The position numbers and the translations under genes are program-made. 64,000 nucleotides of DNA from Escherichia phage UPEC01. The first letter of the stretch is position 1, and each line of letters begins with the position of its first letter. The notes below the pieces were generated by a model. The model ran no database searches, was not told the origin of the DNA, and saw only the letters and a list, made by a program, of their open reading frames with translations. The stretch lies in the sequence record MW233709, one strand, 5' to 3'. Of this stretch, positions 61,313 through 64,000 are shown piece after piece.

Positions 61313-61652
61313 TCTTGCATCACATGTTTATCAATTGGCTGAATATGATATTGGTGCCAATTTATTATTAGGGATTGTCACCGCCATGCTTGGTGGTTTG
61401 GTTGGTCTGGTAATGACCACGGTTATGGCTGCAATCGAGGGAGTCATGCCCATTGAGATGGGTTTCTTTATGATAATCGCTCCGGCTGTTGTGTCTTATT
61501 TTATCCCTGTTGTGTATGATATCTGTCACACAAATGCAGTGAATGCTCCTAGTCGGAAGAGATATGCTTCAGCAATGGCTGAGTATAATAAGTTCCTGAA
61601 CAAAACAAAACGTAATGAACTTGAAACCTTTATTAAGGAATGTAAATCATGA
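61299..61652 (+). CDS. small membrane protein
   Basis: 117 aa from ATG 61299 (AAGGAGG RBS); hydrophobic helices (LLLGIVTAMLGGLVGLVMTTVMAAI, FFMIIAPAVVSYFIPVVY). Confidence 0.5.
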   Translation: MERPSLASHVYQLAEYDIGANLLLGIVTAMLGGLVGLVMTTVMAAIEGVMPIEMGFFMIIAPAVVSYFIPVVYDICHTNAVNAPSRKRYASAMAEYNKFLNKTKRNELETFIKECKS

Positions 61653-61939
61653 ATAAAATTGAAATTGCTATCCCCAAGTATTATGATGAGAAATCTGCAG
61701 AAAAAGCTATCTATTCTCTTCTAAATAAGACCTCTGAAATTGAAAAACACTGTGAAGAAATCGCAGATGAATATGGTATCGAATTCAGCACTGGTGATTA
61801 CGGCACCGGCCGTACATATCACCCAGTCGGTTATGAATGTTCCGAATGGTTCGCTCACCATATTGAAAACAACGGCGGACAAGTTGAAAACGGCATTGTT
61901 ACTGTTGGTGCCTGGGTTTCCTCTTCTGAGGTGTGCTAA
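61649..61939 (+). CDS. WVSSSxEC-family small protein 1
   Basis: 96 aa ending ...GAWVSSSEVC; first of four tandem paralogs. Confidence 0.55.
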   Translation: MNKIEIAIPKYYDEKSAEKAIYSLLNKTSEIEKHCEEIADEYGIEFSTGDYGTGRTYHPVGYECSEWFAHHIENNGGQVENGIVTVGAWVSSSEVC

Positions 61940-61940
61940 T

Positions 61941-62222
61941 ATGATGAATGATTACCGTAAAAATAAAGAACTGGCTAACGCAGTAAATGACATCCATAAA
62001 GCTATTCGTCGTGCTGAGGAAATTGCAAACAAATATGAGACTCATTTTAATATATACCCTGCTCGCGGTATGGGCGGTGACTATTATTCTCCTGGCGCCC
62101 TGAAAGCTGACCTTGCTCATTGGGAAGAACATGGTCATCCTGAATGGGCTATTGTTAATACTCATGACTATACAACTGACCTGGAAAAAGGCGGTTGGGT
62201 GTCCTCCTCTTCTGAATGTTAA
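61941..62222 (+). CDS. WVSSSxEC-family small protein 2
   Basis: 93 aa from ATG 61941, ending ...GGWVSSSSEC. Confidence 0.55.
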   Translation: MMNDYRKNKELANAVNDIHKAIRRAEEIANKYETHFNIYPARGMGGDYYSPGALKADLAHWEEHGHPEWAIVNTHDYTTDLEKGGWVSSSSEC

Positions 62223-62231
62223 GGAACTATT

Positions 62232-62429
62232 ATGTCTCGTGAACTAGATTGTGCAATCCGTACTGCCGCGGCAGCTATTGAAAACGTTATCCAGATTTGC
62301 AAAGAAGAACGCGAAGAAGCTGATATCTACATTGATGGTGTTCGTGACTTAGAACGACATATCACGCTTTATAACGGTTGTATTACTATTAGTGGTACCT
62401 CTTGGGTATCATCCTCTTACGAATGCTAA
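62232..62429 (+). CDS. WVSSSxEC-family small protein 3
   Basis: 65 aa ending ...TSWVSSSYEC. Confidence 0.55.
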   Translation: MSRELDCAIRTAAAAIENVIQICKEEREEADIYIDGVRDLERHITLYNGCITISGTSWVSSSYEC

Positions 62430-62438
62430 GGTGATAAA

Positions 62439-62663
62439 ATGTCCAATATTAATGAATTAGAAAAAGCTTCCCTTGAACTGGCTGCACTGTATAAGAAAGT
62501 AAAAGATATGGCTTCTGCTCAAGATTTTGGTGTCGAGCTCGATGATTATGACGGCGAAGTCCGTCTTGAAGACTGGTTGAACAGCTCTTGTTATGGTGAA
62601 GAAGCTGGCCGTACCTTCGTTGCTCGTGCCGATGGTAAAATCTGGTATCCGAGCAGCTGCTAA
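62439..62663 (+). CDS. WVSSSxEC-family small protein 4 (divergent)
   Basis: 74 aa ending ...KIWYPSSC. Confidence 0.5.
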   Translation: MSNINELEKASLELAALYKKVKDMASAQDFGVELDDYDGEVRLEDWLNSSCYGEEAGRTFVARADGKIWYPSSC

Positions 62664-62693
62664 AATTATCACAAGGATGTGATAGGAGGACTT

Positions 62694-63023
62694 ATGCACA
62701 GAGATTCAGTATTTAAATATCTTTTAAAAACAGATAAAGAATTTTATATGGATGGACAAGCATTCTTGTTCGTTCGCGGTAAGCGTGAAATGTTTTATAA
62801 ATGCGACCTCTCCATGCATCATCACATGTACCATACCCATGGCGAGTCCATACTAGGGTTCTCTGGTGATGAGACTAAACATATAGCTATGTATTATGAC
62901 CATTTCAAGCTCAATGATTGTGGTGATAATGCTTTGGTCTGGAATCCATCTTGGTGTCGGTGGGATACAATAGACAACAATAAATTATTTTTAGAATATT
63001 GCAGAAGTAGTATACAACTCTAG
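62694..63023 (+). CDS. hypothetical His/Cys-rich protein
   Basis: 109 aa from ATG 62694 (TAGGAGG RBS); MHHHMYHTH and several Cys suggest metal binding. Confidence 0.5.
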   Translation: MHRDSVFKYLLKTDKEFYMDGQAFLFVRGKREMFYKCDLSMHHHMYHTHGESILGFSGDETKHIAMYYDHFKLNDCGDNALVWNPSWCRWDTIDNNKLFLEYCRSSIQL

Positions 63024-63087
63024 AAAATCGTGTTACTATTCTCTTATCAACTGATGACAATCACGTTATCAGAACAGGAGAATAAAA

Positions 63088-63288
63088 ATGTCTATCGCAA
63101 ACGAATTAATCAAAGTTCTGAACGAAGCCAAAGCCAACCAACTGGAGGTTAATCTCCAGGAAGTTTCAGATGGCATTAAAGTAACCATCAGCGGCGATGG
63201 CGTTCCAGGCACTACAGAGGTTTACGATTCTTTGGAAGAAGTGGTTTCTTGCATTAAAAGAGCCGTTTACTTATATGGTATAATTTGA
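63088..63288 (+). CDS. hypothetical protein
   Basis: 66-aa ORF with AGGAG RBS. Confidence 0.45.
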   Translation: MSIANELIKVLNEAKANQLEVNLQEVSDGIKVTISGDGVPGTTEVYDSLEEVVSCIKRAVYLYGII

Positions 63289-63298
63289 GGAAAATATT

Positions 63299-63466
63299 AT
63301 GTATAATGTTCTTATTGTTTTTGTCACTCATCCGCAAGGTGGAGTAAGACAGAATACTTCTCAAGTGGTTCAATTTTCTTCACTAGAGGCCGCCAATCTT
63401 GCTGCCTCACGAATTGAAGCGAAAAAATCGGCACTTGGAAAATATGAAGTAACTCGTCTTTACTAA
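63299..63466 (+). CDS. hypothetical small protein (55 aa)
   Basis: ATG 63299 with GAGGAAAATATT spacing identical to the next gene; below track cutoff. Confidence 0.35.
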   Translation: MYNVLIVFVTHPQGGVRQNTSQVVQFSSLEAANLAASRIEAKKSALGKYEVTRLY

Positions 63467-63479
63467 TGAGGAAAATATT

Positions 63480-64000
63480 ATGATGTTAGTTATTGGCTCT
63501 CGCGCATTGCATAACGCCGGTCTGATTGAAAGTAAGAAAATTGAAAACTCTGATTGGGACTTTATAGCAGACCAAGGTTCCTGGAACAACTTTAAAACCC
63601 AGATGATGGGGCAGCATGTTCCTGTGGATAACCCAGATGTGCAAGCTTTTAAGTGTATGCACAACGGTAAAGAAACCTATTTTGAAGCATACATCGTCAG
63701 AGCCCTGACAAGTGTTCGTGAGCTGACTGATGAGCTACAAGAGGAAGATTTTACTTCCAGTTATCGTCTGCTCAAATATGCGAAGGCGAATATTCAGAAA
63801 GACCGTCTATCTGGTTTTTACTGGGCGACTCCTGATATTTGTCTGGCAATTAAACTGTCTCATCGTTACCTGAAGAACAATCCATTCTTCCTGAAGACCA
63901 TGAGTCATATTAATTACCTTCGTAATAAGGGTGTTGTTCTTAATGATGAACTGCAGAAAATCATGCTGCAACGCCAGGCAGAAACATTGTCATATAGCCA
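63480..64000 (+). CDS. hypothetical protein, 3'-partial (runs off window end)
   Basis: Open frame from ATG 63480 (GAGGAAA RBS) to the window end, at least 173 aa. Confidence 0.5.
   Translation, partial: MMLVIGSRALHNAGLIESKKIENSDWDFIADQGSWNNFKTQMMGQHVPVDNPDVQAFKCMHNGKETYFEAYIVRALTSVRELTDELQEEDFTSSYRLLKYAKANIQKDRLSGFYWATPDICLAIKLSHRYLKNNPFFLKTMSHINYLRNKGVVLNDELQKIMLQRQAETLSYS

Overview
This window is a segment of a T4-like (Tevenvirinae) myovirus genome, collinear with the T4 late-gene core. It runs from a 5'-truncated DNA ligase (gene 30) and alt, through the baseplate hub genes (54-48-29-28-27-51 on the minus strand, 26-25 on the plus), uvsY, uvsW, inh/hoc and rnlB, then the head, packaging, neck and tail genes (24-23-22-21-68-67-20-19-18-17-16-15-14-13-wac-12-11-10-9-8-7-6-5.4-5-53), then 4-2-3-1-57A-57B, and finally about 10 kb of small early genes with two tRNAs. 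All protein identifications rest on reading the supplied translations against T4 sequences and lengths recalled from memory; no search was run. Late promoters (TATAAATA), MotA-box middle promoters, early promoters and UUCG/GNRA-loop terminators are readable directly. The most interesting locus is a tandem array of five unrelated small genes (53500-55064) that all begin with the T4 internal-protein capsid-targeting leader (MKTYQEF(I/L)xE), plus a sixth late-promoter-driven one at 57204; these are candidate injected anti-defence proteins. Other notable points are an HNH/NUMOD3 homing-endonuclease gene inserted between uvsW and uvsW.1 with a 19-bp duplication, a tandem pair of gene 24 paralogs, recurring promoter cassettes shared by unrelated genes, and a four-gene family with a conserved WVSSSxEC C-terminus.
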